From positions 14,632,001-14,696,000 of the forward strand of contig NC_043000.1 in assembly GCF_006345805.1 (NCBI RefSeq): 64,000 nt of DNA, in the 5' to 3' direction. Both the position numbers and the translations under genes were made by a program. Of this stretch, positions 1 through 13,180 are shown in pieces. Numbering within the stretch: the first letter of the stretch is position 1; every line of letters begins with the position of its first letter. Origin of the DNA: Octopus sinensis. Lineage: Eukaryota. The notes under the pieces were generated by a model. The model saw nothing but the letters and a program-made list of their open reading frames with translations. It did not search any database and had not been told where the DNA came from.

Positions 1-80
1 TAACGTAAGTGATAAGTATCATTTCTGAACAACAATACAAGGAAGATATCATATATACATACATACAGACATACGTAAAT

Positions 81-355
81 GAAGGCAAGTGACCTATTAG
101 TTAGATTACTTGATCGTGGGTTCAATTCCCATACTAGGTGGCATGTTGTACTCGTAAGCAAAACACTTCATTTCATGTTGCTCCAGTCCACTCAGCCGTA
201 AATGATTAAGCCTGCAACAGAAAAGTCTTCTGATCAGGGGAAATGTTGGCCTGCATACCTAGGCAGTGGGGTGGCATCATCCAAAGAGTAAGACAATGCA
301 AAGTGCATTGTGACCAGTGATGTATAACAACATCTAGTCAATACCATGATACAGT
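81..355 (+). mobile_element. Diverged tRNA-derived SINE, family D (CORE-like central domain)
   Basis: B-box GGGTTCAATTCC, then AGCAAAACACTTCATTTCATGTTGCTCCAGTCCACTCAGC, which is shared with copies at 9950-10262(-), 19127-19415(+), 47500-47752(-), 49649-49900(+) and 59010-59262(-). Confidence 0.7.
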
Positions 356-1029
356 GACACACACACACATATATATAATTGATGTAAACAGCTAGGTGCA
401 ATGTGATACCATAAAGGAAAAATTCAATCATCACTAAGTGTGACTAAGGATGCCGAAGCACCTACATTGCTAGAAATAAGAGTTAAAATGCTTTTAATGC
501 TGTAAGAGGAGCACAAATATATATATACACATGTATATATATCTCTTATTATAAAAGGCAGATTTTTATCTGCCTTCCTTTGTCAGTTATAGAAATCTAC
601 AATATAGGATTTCTTCAATTACAATTTACCTAGCATTTTTAAGAGTAGAATGCATCGAGTCATGCCAGGTCCAGTTTTTAAAATTTAAACTCCAATTAAG
701 CAAAATTTACAGAAAACTCACATTCTGGTGTGTATGTCAAATGCTTTTCTTAATGTGGTTTACACCACACGCACAGTGTGCAATGAATAAAATGAAAGTA
801 ATTCACTGTGTGTGTGTTGACAGGTAGACAATAGAATGTGATGGCGATGGCGATGTAATATTTGTTTCTGTCTATCACGCTGATAGATACATGAGTAAAA
901 TGTATGGCAAGCTAAGAGATAAGAGTGAGTGAAAATGTTCTTGGAAGAGAGTAAATAGCGAGAGTGATTTGAGGAAGACTTTACATTCAATAACCGTAGT
1001 GGCTTGTATATATATATATATATACATAC

Positions 1030-1295
1030 ATAAGACAGTAAGGTGTGATTTGAGGGAGATTTGGCTGCTATTTCTACCATGTCTAGCTGCCATGTAGGGG
1101 TCTCCCTCATAGGCTCATACATACATTATACATAGATAAGACAGTAAGGTGTGATTTGGGGGAAATTTGGCTGCTATTTCTACCAGGTCTAGCTACCATG
1201 TAGAGGTCCCCCTCATTGGCTCATATATATATACATACATAAGACAGTAAGGTGTGATTTGAGGGAGATTTGGCTGCTGTTTCTACCAGGTCTGT
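1030..1295 (+). repeat. Three tandem partial copies (~100-bp unit) of dispersed repeat family E
   Basis: TAAGACAGTAAGGTGTGATTTGAGGGAGATTTGGCTGCT repeated three times; related dispersed copies near 8155-8580, 28735-29170, 31520-31665, 41440-41655, 43715-44150, 52885-53075 and 61470-61670. Confidence 0.8.
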
Positions 1296-1657
1296 TAGGC
1301 CTTCTCATGTAAACTCAAGCTTTCTCATGCCTTGAACATAAGACCAAAGCAGAGAATGTATTCTTTTATTCTTCTGCTTTTTCCAGCCATTGGTCTGTGG
1401 CCATGCTGGGGCAATGCCTTGAAGAATTGTAGTTTAATGAATCAACTCCAGTTTTATTTTTGTAAGCATTGTACTTATTCTATCTGTTTCCTTTGTCAAA
1501 CCACAAGGTGACAGGGATGTAAACAAACCAACATTCGTTGTCAAGCAGTGGTGGAGGACAATCACAAGCACAGACACGCACACACACACACATACATGCA
1601 GACACATATACACACATACATACATACATACATATATATATGGTGTGTATATATATA

Positions 1658-1978
1658 TGCAGCGTGGAAGGTGTTTGTAAGCCATTTAAGAAACACACAA
1701 AAACCGTTAGATTCACTTCAACATTTAAATTTAATTTGCCAAAATATTTTCCTCGCTTTGAGACCGCGACCTGTTCACTGACAAAAATATCGTGCTAACA
1801 GGTCGGGTCTCAAAGCGACGAAAATATTTTGACAAATTAAATTTAAATGTTGAAGTGAATCTAACGGTTTTTGTGTGTTTCTTAAATGGCTTATAAACAC
1901 CTTCAACGCTGCAACTGTTTTCGTTCCAGCACACGATCTCAGATCAAGTCACTTGCTATGCAAGTACATCTCTGTAAC
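1658..1978. mobile_element. Foldback element: ~118-bp inverted arms plus a unique 3' extension; Penelope pseudo-LTR-like
   Basis: 1658-1776 is the near-perfect reverse complement of 1797-1913; flanked by (TA)n; carries an HHR-like fold. Confidence 0.6.
1735..1785 (-). ncRNA. Candidate minimal type I hammerhead ribozyme, G3-C8 core variant
   Basis: Minus strand reads UUUGUCA-GUGAACA-G-GUCGC-GGUCUCAAA-GCGAG-GAAA-AUAU-UU-UGGCAAA; the right arm supplies the perfect GCGAC and UGACAAA partners. Confidence 0.55.
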
Positions 1979-1980
1979 TA

Positions 1981-2026
<46 letters not shown>

Positions 2027-2089
2027 TGGTAAAAACAGTAAGATAACAAAAGAAAGAAAGAGACCTCAATATTATGTAAATAGAGGAAA

Positions 2090-2481
2090 TCTTTATATAT
2101 AAAAGTGAGGTTGTGTGTCTGTCTCCTACGATTTAGATTCCTAACTACTCCCACATTTTGCGGTGCAGTTTAACCAAAACCGGATATCTTATAGTCGTGA
2201 TCATATCGAGACTGTCTGGGTATTAGCGCACGTCTACGATGAGTCTACGATTTAAAAAAAATTTACCATCAATTTTCCCATTTTTAATCCATTTTTGACA
2301 TATATAAGGGAAGTAACTCTCTAAAATTTATTATTAAATCTCAGAACGTAAAAAGCTACAGTAACACCCCTCCCCCTTTGTGGTTAGCCATATTGAGATG
2401 GCTATTATACTTTACATCTCTAAAAATGCTTATATAATTATTTCCCTTACAAACCCGAGCAACGCCGGGCGATACTGCTAG
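2090..2481 (+). mobile_element. Non-autonomous Helitron, copy 1
   Basis: Starts TC, ends CTAG, inserted between A and T, no TSD; subterminal hairpin CCCGAGCAACGCCGGG; termini shared with 15484-15990 and 20001-20378. Confidence 0.8.
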
Positions 2482-2552
2482 TATATATATATATATATAT
2501 TACACACACATGTATATATATATTATATATATATATATATACACATGTATAT

Positions 2553-2583
<31 letters not shown>

Positions 2584-3138
2584 CATATATATACATACAT
2601 GTATTATATACATATATATGCACATGTTATATATAATATATGTATATATATATATATAATATATACACGTATAATTATATAATAACACATGTATATATAT
2701 TATATATGGATAATATTATATATATACACATGTATATATATATATATAACATGTATATATATATATATATACACATGTATATTATATATACACATGGTAT
2801 ATATATATATACACATGTATATATACATACATATAGATATATATACATATATATATATACACATGTATATTATATATATACATATATATATACACACAGT
2901 ATATATATATATACATATATATATACACATGTATATATATATACATATATATATACACATGTATATATATATAGATATATATATATACACGTATATATAT
3001 ATAAATATTTATACATATATATATACGCAGGTATATATATATATACGATATATATATACATTATAATACACCATGTTATATATATATATATATAGATCAC
3101 ACATTGTATATTATATATTATATATATATATACACATG

Positions 3139-3179
<41 letters not shown>

Positions 3180-3192
3180 TATATACACATGT

Positions 3193-3697
3193 ATCATCAT
3201 CATCATCATCATCATTTAACGTCCGCTTTCCATGCTAGCATGGTTGGACGGTTCAACTGGGGTCTGGGGAGCCCGAAAGCTGCACCAGTCCAGTCAGATC
3301 TGGCAGGTTTCTACAGCTGGATGCCCTTCCTAACGCCAACCACTCCGAGAGTGTAGTGGGTGATTTTATGTGCCACCGACACAGGTGCCAGACGAGGCTG
3401 ACAAACGGCCACACTCGGATGGTGTTTTTTATGTGCCACCGACACAGGTGTCAGACGAGGCTGGCAGACGGCCACGCTCGGATGGTGTTTTTTTTATGTG
3501 CCACCGACACAGGTGCCAGATGAGGCTGGCAAACGGCCACGATCGGATGGTGTTTGTTACGTGCCCACAGCACGGAGGCCAGTCGATGCGGTACTGGCTA
3601 CGGCCACGTTCGGATGGTTTTCTTGTGTGCCACGTGCCACCGGCACTGGTACCACAAAGATACAAATTCCATTGATGTTCATCTATTTTGATTTGTT
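3193..3697 (-). mobile_element. SINE-like family C (RTE-type (GAT)n tail, internal ~57-bp tandem repeats)
   Basis: (CAT)n-TTAACGTCCGCTTTCCATGCTAGCATGG start on +; repeated GTGCCACCGACACAGGTGCCAGA..GGCCAC.CTCGGATGG units. Confidence 0.8.
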
Positions 3698-3890
3698 ATA
3701 TACATATATATATATACACATGTATATATATATACATATATATACACATGTATATATATATACATATATATACACATGTATATATATATATATATATATA
3801 CATATGTATATACACATGTATATAATATATATATATATATACATATATATATACACATGTATATATATATATATACATATATATATACAC

Positions 3891-3928
<38 letters not shown>

Positions 3929-4170
3929 GTATATATATATATATACATATATATATACACATGTTATATATATATACACATGTAATATATATATATATAC
4001 ATATATATATACCAATGTATATATATTATATATATACAATATATATACACATGTATATATATATATATTATATATTACTATGTATATACACATGTATATA
4101 TATAATTATATATATATATACATATATATATACACATGTATATATATATATATACATATATATATACACA

Positions 4171-4202
<32 letters not shown>

Positions 4203-4264
4203 CACATGTATATATATATATATAATATACAATATATATACACATGTATATATATATATACACA

Positions 4265-4296
<32 letters not shown>

Positions 4297-4300
4297 CACA

Positions 4301-4332
<32 letters not shown>

Positions 4333-4690
4333 CACATGTAATATAATATATATATATATACATATATATATACACATGTATATATATATATATATATACA
4401 TATATATATACACATGTATATATATATTTACATATTTATATACACATGTTATAATAATATATACATATTTAATACACATGTATATATATATATATATACA
4501 TTATATATACACATGTATATATATATATAACATATATATATACACATGTTATATATATTACATATATACATACACATGTATATATATATATATACATATA
4601 TAATACACATGTATATATTATTACATATATATACACGTATATATATATACATATATATACACGTATATATATATATACAGTATATACACG

Positions 4691-4732
<42 letters not shown>

Positions 4733-4765
4733 CACATGTATATAATATATATATATATATACACG

Positions 4766-4805
<40 letters not shown>

Positions 4806-4808
4806 CAC

Positions 4809-4849
<41 letters not shown>

Positions 4850-4860
4850 TATACACATGT

Positions 4861-5368
4861 ATCATCATCATCATCATCATCATCATTTAACGTCCGCTTT
4901 CCATGCTAGCATGGGTTGGACGTTTCAACTGGGGGCTGGGGAGCCGAAAGCTGCACCAGTCCAGTCAGATCTGGCAGTGTTTCTACAGCTGGATGCCCTT
5001 CCTAATGCCAACCACTCCGAGAGTGTAGTGGGTGATTTTATTGTGCACCACCAGGTGCCAGAAGAGGTGCAGGCTGGCAAACGGCCACACTCGGATGGTG
5101 TTTTTTATGTGCCACGACACAGTGTCAGACGAGGCTGGCAGACGGCCACGCTCGGATGGTGTTTTTTATGTGCCACCGACACAGGTGCCAGATGAGGCTG
5201 GCAAACGGCCACGATCGATGGTGTTTGTTACGTGCCCACAGCACGGAGGCCAGTCGATGCGGTACTGGCTACGGCCACGTTCGGATGGTTTTCTTGTGTG
5301 CCACGTGCCACCGGCACTGGTACCACAAAGATACAAATTCCATTGATGTTCATCTATTTTGATTTGTT
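4861..5368 (-). mobile_element. SINE-like family C, near-identical duplicate of 3193-3697
   Basis: Same sequence and same junctions on both sides. Confidence 0.8.
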
Positions 5369-6331
5369 ATATACATATATATATATACACATGTATATAT
5401 ATATATATACATATATATACACATGTATATATATATATATACATATATATATACACATGTATATATATATATATATACATATATATACACATGTATATAT
5501 TATATACACATGTATATATATATATAATACATATATATACACATGTATATATATATATACACATATATATACATGTATATATATATATACATATATATAT
5601 ACACATGTATATATATATATATACATATATATCACATGTATATATATATATACTATATATACACATGTATATATATATATACATATATATACACATGTAT
5701 ATATATATATACATATATATATACACAGTATATATATATATACATATATATATACACATGTATTATATATACATATATATACACATGTATATATATATAT
5801 ACATATATATACACATGTATATATATATATACATATATATACACATGTATATATATATAACATATATATACACATTAATATATAATATACATATATATAC
5901 ACATGTATATATATATATATACATATATATACACATGTATATATATATATATATACATATATATACACATGTATATATATATATATATACATATATATAC
6001 ACATGTATATATATATATATACATATATAACACATGTATATATATATATACATATAATATCACAGTATATATATATATGTAGATATATACATATATATAC
6101 ACATGTATATTATATATACATATATATACACATGTTATATATATTATACATAGATATACACATGTATATATATATATATACATATATTACACATGTATAT
6201 ATATATATACATATATAACACATGTATATATATATATACATATATATACACATGTATAATATATATACATATATACACATGTATATATATATAATATATA
6301 TATATACATACATATATATATATATATATAG

Positions 6332-6368
<37 letters not shown>

Positions 6369-7204
6369 CATATATATATACATATATATATATATCTATA
6401 TATATATATATTACATACATATAATATTATATATATCTATACATACATATAGATATATATATATAATATATATATACATACATATATATAATATATATAT
6501 ACTACATATATAATATATAATATATATATACATACATACATATATATATATATATACATACATATATATATAATATATATAACATACATATATATATATA
6601 GATATATATATATATACATACATATATATATATATATATAATATACATACATAATATATATATATATATATACATACATATATATATATATTATATATAT
6701 ATATATCTACATATATAATATATATATATATATTAATATACATACATATATAGATATATATATATATATATATAGTATATATACACATGTATATATATAA
6801 TATACATATATATACACATGTATATATATATATATAATATATATACACATGTATATATATATTAATATATATATATATATATATTATATACATAATATAT
6901 ATATATACATATATATAATATATATATACATATATATATACATATATATATATACATATATATATATACATATATATACACATGTATATATATATATAGA
7001 TATATACATATATATATCACATGTATATATATATATATACATATATATATACACATGTATATATATATATATATACATATATATACACATGTATATATAT
7101 ATATATATATATACATATATATATACACATGTATATATATATATATTATATACATATATATATACACATGTATATATATATATAATATATACATATATAT
7201 AACA

Positions 7205-7238
<34 letters not shown>

Positions 7239-7764
7239 CACATGTATATATATATATATATATATATACAATATAATATACACATGTATATATATATATA
7301 TATATTATATATATACATATATATATACACATGTATATATATATACATATATATATATACATATATATACACATGTATATATATATATATACATATATAC
7401 ATATTATATACACATGTATATATATATATATACATATATACATATTAATACACATGTATATATATATATACATATATATATACAACTGTATATATATATA
7501 TATACATATATATATACACATGTATATATATATATATACATATATATATACACTGTATATATATATATATACACATGTATATATATATATATATATACAC
7601 ACACATGCTGACAGGGGAGGTAACCGACCCACAAGCGACATGAGGATCCTCAGAATAGATCTAGTTTCACCTGTACTGTAGGCATTATCAGTGAGGACTG
7701 CTCGAACAGCTCATGGTTGACTAACTCCTTCTGCCAGCATATATGTATTTACCATGGATATATT

Positions 7765-8146
7765 CTTTTATTTGTTTCAGTCATTTGACTGCAGCCATGC
7801 TGGAGCACCATCTTTAGTTGAGCAAATCGACCCCAGGACTTATTCTTTGGAAGCATAGTACTTATTCTATCGGTCTCTTTTGCCAAACCGCTAAGTTACG
7901 GGGAAGTAAACATACCAGCATCGGTTGTCAAGCAATGTTGGGGGGGATAAACACAGACATACAAACCTATACATACACATACATATATACAATGGGCTTC
8001 TTTCAGTTTCTGTCTACCAAATCCACTCACAAGGCTTTGGTTGGCTCAAGGCTATAGCAGAAGACATTGCCCAAGGTGCCACGCATGGGACTGAACCCGG
8101 AACCATGTGGTTGGTAAGCAAGCTACTCACCACACAGCCACTCCTA
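7765..8146 (-). mobile_element. tRNA-derived SINE family A
   Basis: Reverse complement of the full copies at 13181, 34218 and 39684. Confidence 0.9.
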
Positions 8147-9420
8147 TCGTGTTGCTGTTATTGTTTAGCCTAGGGTCAGTCCTGGTCTAGCAGACTCATG
8201 ATGAAAGGCATTCCTGTCAGGACCATCCCATAATTCTTTAAATCCCTTAGCATTCAGATAATTCTGTCAAAAGCAATGCTTATTTATTCCCATTGTTTTG
8301 AATTAATCATAGATTATCTCGTAAATCTGAGATTTTGATGACGTGATTGTTTATTTTTAGAATGATGCTGTAGGACAGGTGTAAAAGGTCTGATTTGGCT
8401 AGTCTGAACAGAAAACAGGTAGACTATTTGGGCTGGATATGGCAGATCTAAATGCTGAAGGGCTGATGAGCAAGGCACCTAGAGGCACATTATCTGACAC
8501 GTCCTGTATTAATAATATGGTAAAATATGACGCGAGGGAAATTTGGCTGCTATTTCTAAAAGGTCGTATGACCATATAGCAATTAGCTCATGCATCCCCG
8601 GTGAGGTGGAACAAGTATATGCAAAAGTTTTGCGAGAAAAAGAAAACAGGCAGAAAATAATAATAACAATAAACCTTTAAAAACAACATCGTCATCAGCA
8701 ACAACAACAACAACAACAACACCCAATTCCACAGAGATATAAGAACGAAGAAGTCATCAATCTGTTTACATAATTGGAGACCATTAACATTCCATTGCTG
8801 CATCTGGTGATACTTAGTTATCTCACAAGTGTCCTCATTATATTGCAGACAGCTGAGAGTTGCAGAGGGCGACAAAACACACACATACATACATACAAGC
8901 ATATACCACACACACACATATGCACATGCAGACATACATACACACACACACACATGCATATATGTAAACACACCAATCAACAAATTAGATAATTTTGACA
9001 TCTTTCTGATTAGATCATATTTCCTGTCCCACTCTAGTTATTAATATTTCATACAGATGTTTCGTTTCATTATATATACAAACACACACACACACACACT
9101 CACACACGCACATGCGCACACACATACATACATACACACACGCGAACATAAACTATAAACATGTATGCTTAGATGCACATGTGCACATGCATATATATAT
9201 ATATATATCTTGTAAGCATGTACAGCATATACATACATGTGCATATATACACACACTTGCATATATACACACACTCACATGCATACATACATATACACAC
9301 AAACACACACACATGCGCACACACAAACATACATACACACACACACATGCGAACATAAACTATAACATGTATGCACATGTATGCTTAGATGCACATGTGC
9401 ACATGCATATATATATGCAA

Positions 9421-9637
9421 GGCGGCGAGCTGGTAGAAACGTTAGCACGCCGGACGAAATTCGTCCGTCGTTACGTTCCGAGTTCAAATTCCGCCGAGGT
9501 CAACTTTGCCTTTCATCCTTTCGGGGTCGATAAATTAAGTACCAGTTACGCACTGGGGTCGATGTAGTCAACTTAATCCCTTTATCTGTCCTTGTTTGTC
9601 CCCTCTGTGTTTAGCCCCTTGTGTGTAGTAAAGAAAT
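9421..9637 (+). mobile_element. tRNA-derived SINE family B
   Basis: GGCGGCGAGCTGG head, B-box GAGTTCAAATTCC, GCCTTTCATCCTTTCGGGGTCGATAAA domain, TAAAGAAATA tail. Confidence 0.9.
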
Positions 9638-9949
9638 ATATATATATATATATATATATATCGTGTAAGCATGTACAGCATATACATACATGTGCATATA
9701 TACACACACTTGCATATATACACACACTCACATGCATACATACATATACACACAAATAGCCAAATATATTTGTAGCCAAAATGATTTACATTGGTATAAA
9801 GCCAATACAGAATTATAGTTTAATTTATGCAAATATACAGCTGGTACATATCTTTGATTGAGACTGATCTGTGACTTAATGGCAACAACAATGTTATAGT
9901 AAGAAGTGATAATGATGATGATGATGATGAAGACAATACATTAGCAAAT

Positions 9950-10262
9950 CACATGATCACGTGATCAACCAGACTATCAGATGTTGCTATACATTGCTGG
10001 TCACAATGAACTTTTGCATCATTTTAGCTTTCAGGTGATGCCAGCCCACTGGCTAGGCAAGCAGCCCAACATTCCTCCCAATCTGAAAGCTTTCCGTCAC
10101 TGGGTTACCACAAATGGTTACTCATTTTCAGCTGAGTGGACTGGAGCATTGTGAAATTAAGTGTTTTACTCAAGAACATAATGTGCCGCTCCGTCTGGGA
10201 ATTGAACCCACAGCCTAGCAATCATGAGTGCAACAGCCTAACCGCTGAGCCACGTGCCTTCA
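9950..10262 (-). mobile_element. SINE family D
   Basis: Reverse complement similarity to 81-355 and 19127-19415. Confidence 0.75.
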
Positions 10263-10281
10263 AACATTAGTATATAATATT

Positions 10282-10690
10282 ACTCCTTTACTTGTGTCAG
10301 TCATTTGACTGAGGCCATGCTGGAGCACCACCTTTAGTCGAGCAGATCGACCCCCAGGACTTATTCTTTGTAAGCCTAGTACTTATTCTATCGGTCTCTT
10401 TTGTTGAACCACTAAGTTACAGGGACATAAGCACACCAGCATCGGTTGTCAAGCAATGTTGGGGGGACAAACACACACACACAAACATATACACACACAC
10501 ACATAGATATATATATATACATATATATGATGGGTTTCTTTCAGTTTCCGTCTACCAAATCCACTCACAAGGCTTTGGTCAGCCCGAGGCTATAGTAGAA
10601 GACACTTGCCCAAGGTGCCATGCAGTGGGACTGAACCTGGAACCATGTAGCTCGTAAGCAAGCTACTTACCACATAGCCACTCCTATGCC
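10282..10690 (-). mobile_element. SINE family A
   Basis: Full-length reverse copy. Confidence 0.9.
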
Positions 10691-11129
10691 TATTATTAAA
10701 AGATATTTATATAATACTCTTGCAAGAACTCTGCATGAAATAAGTTCATGCAGAGTTTCAACCCATGAACACAAATATGGCACCACAAATGGAAGCTAAA
10801 TATGTTTTGCAAAACATCAATGAAAACAAAACAGCAACTACATAAACAAATATAAAAGATAAACCTTGAAGTTAATAGTTCTAAACAGCAATTGAACCGT
10901 GCACTACTTGCAAAACAGTTAAGTGTGATAACCATTGCAAAGACAGATACTTTTTTTCTTTTCCTTCGAATCGACTCTGTAGGTATAGCTGTGTGGTTAA
11001 GAAGCTTGCTTTGCAACCACAGGGTTTCTGGTTCATTCCCACAGTGCACCACCTTGGATAAATGTCTTCTACTTATAGCCTTGCGCCAATGCTTTGTGAG
11101 TAAATTTGGTAGACAGAATCTGTGTGGAA

Positions 11130-11616
11130 GGCGGTGAGCTGGCAGAAACGTTAGCGCCCCGGGCAAAATGCTTACTGGTACTTCGTCTGCCGTTACGTTC
11201 TGAGTTCAAATTCCGCTGAGGTTGACTTTGCCTTTCATCCTTTCGGGGTCGATAAATTAAGTACCAGTCACGCACTGGCGTCGATGAAATCGACTTAATC
11301 CGTTTGTCTGTCCTTGTTTGTCCTCTCTGTGTTTAGTCCCTTGTGGGTAGTGAAGGAATAGAAATAGGTATTTTGTCCGTTTATAAGGCGGCGAGCTGGC
11401 AGATACGTTAGCAAGCCGGGCGAAATGCTTAGCGGTATTTTGCTTGCCATTATGTTCTGAATTCAAATTCCGCCGAGGTTGACTTTGCCTTTCATCCTTT
11501 CGGGGTCGATAAATTAAGTACCAGTCACGCACTGGATCGATATAATCGACTTAATCCGTTTGTCTGTCCTTGTTTGTCCCCTCTATGTTTAGCCCCTTGT
11601 GGGCAGTAAAGAAATA
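11130..11616 (+). mobile_element. Head-to-tail dimer of SINE family B inside an old SINE-A, bounded by one 16-bp TSD
   Basis: Monomers at 11130-11362 and 11387-11616; AGAATCTGTGTGGAAG at 11115-11130 and 11617-11632. Confidence 0.85.
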
Positions 11617-11639
11617 AGAATCTGTGTGGAAGCCCACCC

Positions 11640-11835
11640 TATTGTATCCTGCCACAGCTCCCTGTCCAAAACCATTCTTCAGGGCTCAGCTGAGGGAAAG
11701 TGAAAGAGAGGCAGACAGAAAATCCTGGTCTGACATCATCAAGGATTTAACAAGTTGCAACACTGCAACCTTGCTACACATGACAGAACAGAAAGCAGTG
11801 GTGCCAAGTGACTGGCTGCACCAGTTAAGAGAACT

Positions 11836-11872
<37 letters not shown>
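11640..11872 (+). mobile_element. RTE LINE 3' fragment (degraded ORF2 C-terminus plus (GAT)n tail)
   Basis: Frameshifted SLSKTILQGSAEGK*KRGRQ..KSWSDIIKDLT matches the RTE C-terminal G.R.RGR...W.D motif. Confidence 0.7.
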
Positions 11873-11873
<1 letters not shown>

Positions 11874-12254
11874 TGTATATATTTGCCCTTCCCCTCCACC
11901 ACTCTTGATAACTGGTGTTGGTTTATGTCCATGTGACTTAGTGGTTCAGTAAGGAGGCTGATAGAATACATATCAGACTTGACCCTTTAGCATTTAATCT
12001 GGTCACATCCACCCCAAATATTCCACCTGTTTTATGTTAAAACTATCCAGATCCAGCCTCTCACACCTACCCTACAATGTCATTCTAAAAATATACAAAT
12101 ACACCAATGAAATCTTTATGCTACAACATAATCTGTGATTAATTCAAAACAATGTAAATAAATAAGCAATACATTTGACAAAGAAATCTCCATGTTAAGA
12201 GATGAGGAATTATATTTAAGAGATGAGGAATTATATTTAAGAGATGAGGAATTA

Positions 12255-12570
12255 TTTACATTATTTACATTATTTACATTCGACGGATATTTATCCTCAT
12301 CTTGTTTGTTGTAAGCAACGTTTCGGCTTCTTCAGGTGTCTTGGGGGAAATTTCGAACCTTGGTTCTCATTCCTAAGGTATTTTTCGATGTTATTACTAT
12401 TATAATAATAGTATAACATCGAAAAATACCTTAGGAATGAGAACCAAGGTTCGAAATTTCCCCAAGACACCTGAAGAAGCCGAAACGTCAATGTTCAGGT
12501 CAATGCTTGGAATCGAACTCGGAATCTTGGAGTTAGTAGCCCGCGCTCTTAACCACTACACCATATGCCC
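12255..12570 (-). mobile_element. tRNA-headed retroelement with an HHR-like motif and an internal inverted duplication
   Basis: A-box TGGTGTAGTGG and B-box GAGTTCGATTCC (12563-12509); GACAC-CTGAAGA-AGCC-GAAACGTT; (AATGTAAAT)n tail; 12318-12394 inverted at 12413-12488. Confidence 0.7.
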
Positions 12571-12680
12571 ATGGGCAATTATGGAGTGAATTTTAGGGCT
12601 TATAAATCTAATATTTTTCTATCCTTCCTTAATACTGGTTCCCATATGCTGCTCATATCTGCACTCGGTCTGCTTAGGAG

Positions 12681-12924
12681 CAGTGATTCTCAACCATTTT
12701 TCCGTACAGATCTCTTTGATCCCTATTTTACTCAGGTGGACCCTCACAACTATTTGATGCTTTGTTTTTTAAAAAAAAACCTTATTGTATATTTATAACT
12801 GAATATTATTAGGAATTGCTTAAAAAAAAATAATAATATTTTGTGTATTGTAGAAGAGTAACCAATTTATCATACAGAAGTTTTAACACCAAAATCTTAT
12901 ACAGACCCCGGTTGAAAACCACTG
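12681..12924. mobile_element. hAT-type MITE
   Basis: TIRs CAGTGATTCTCAACC / GGTTGAAAACCACTG; related copy at 40975-41419; TSD not conserved here. Confidence 0.7.
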
Positions 12925-13180
12925 AGCTAAACCCTTTAAAGGGATGCTGTAGCAGGTTACAGTCCAATGAATGAAACAAGAAAAAGATAAGATAATTTAC
13001 GCAAGAATGGAAAAACGGTTGTAAAAATTTGACAAGGATGAGGATGATGATGGGAAAGAAATAGAAAAGCAGAAGGGGGGGGGATTGAAAGAAAATAGAG
13101 AAGATAGAAAGAAAAGTGGATGGAAAAAAGAATAAGAGAAGCAGGAGGGAAGGTTGAATGAATTAAAAAGAAAGAAAGAT

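Larger units (their letters stand above)
2482..7606. repeat. ~5-kb TA-rich compound micro/minisatellite (unit ~TATATATACATATATATACACATG), interrupted by two SINE-C copies
   Basis: Directly visible; source of all the Y/I/H/C-rich pseudo-ORFs. Confidence 0.95.

Noticed and set aside
3360-3650. CRISPR-like regularly spaced repeats
   Set aside because: Tandem ~57-bp units without unique spacers, inside a eukaryotic SINE; no cas genes
2500-7681. Dozens of long Y/I/H/C-rich ORFs
   Set aside because: Translations of a stop-poor TA/CA satellite in all six frames; not genes
12495-12570. tRNA gene (ACT anticodon-like loop)
   Set aside because: T-stem and acceptor stem do not pair; it is a SINE head
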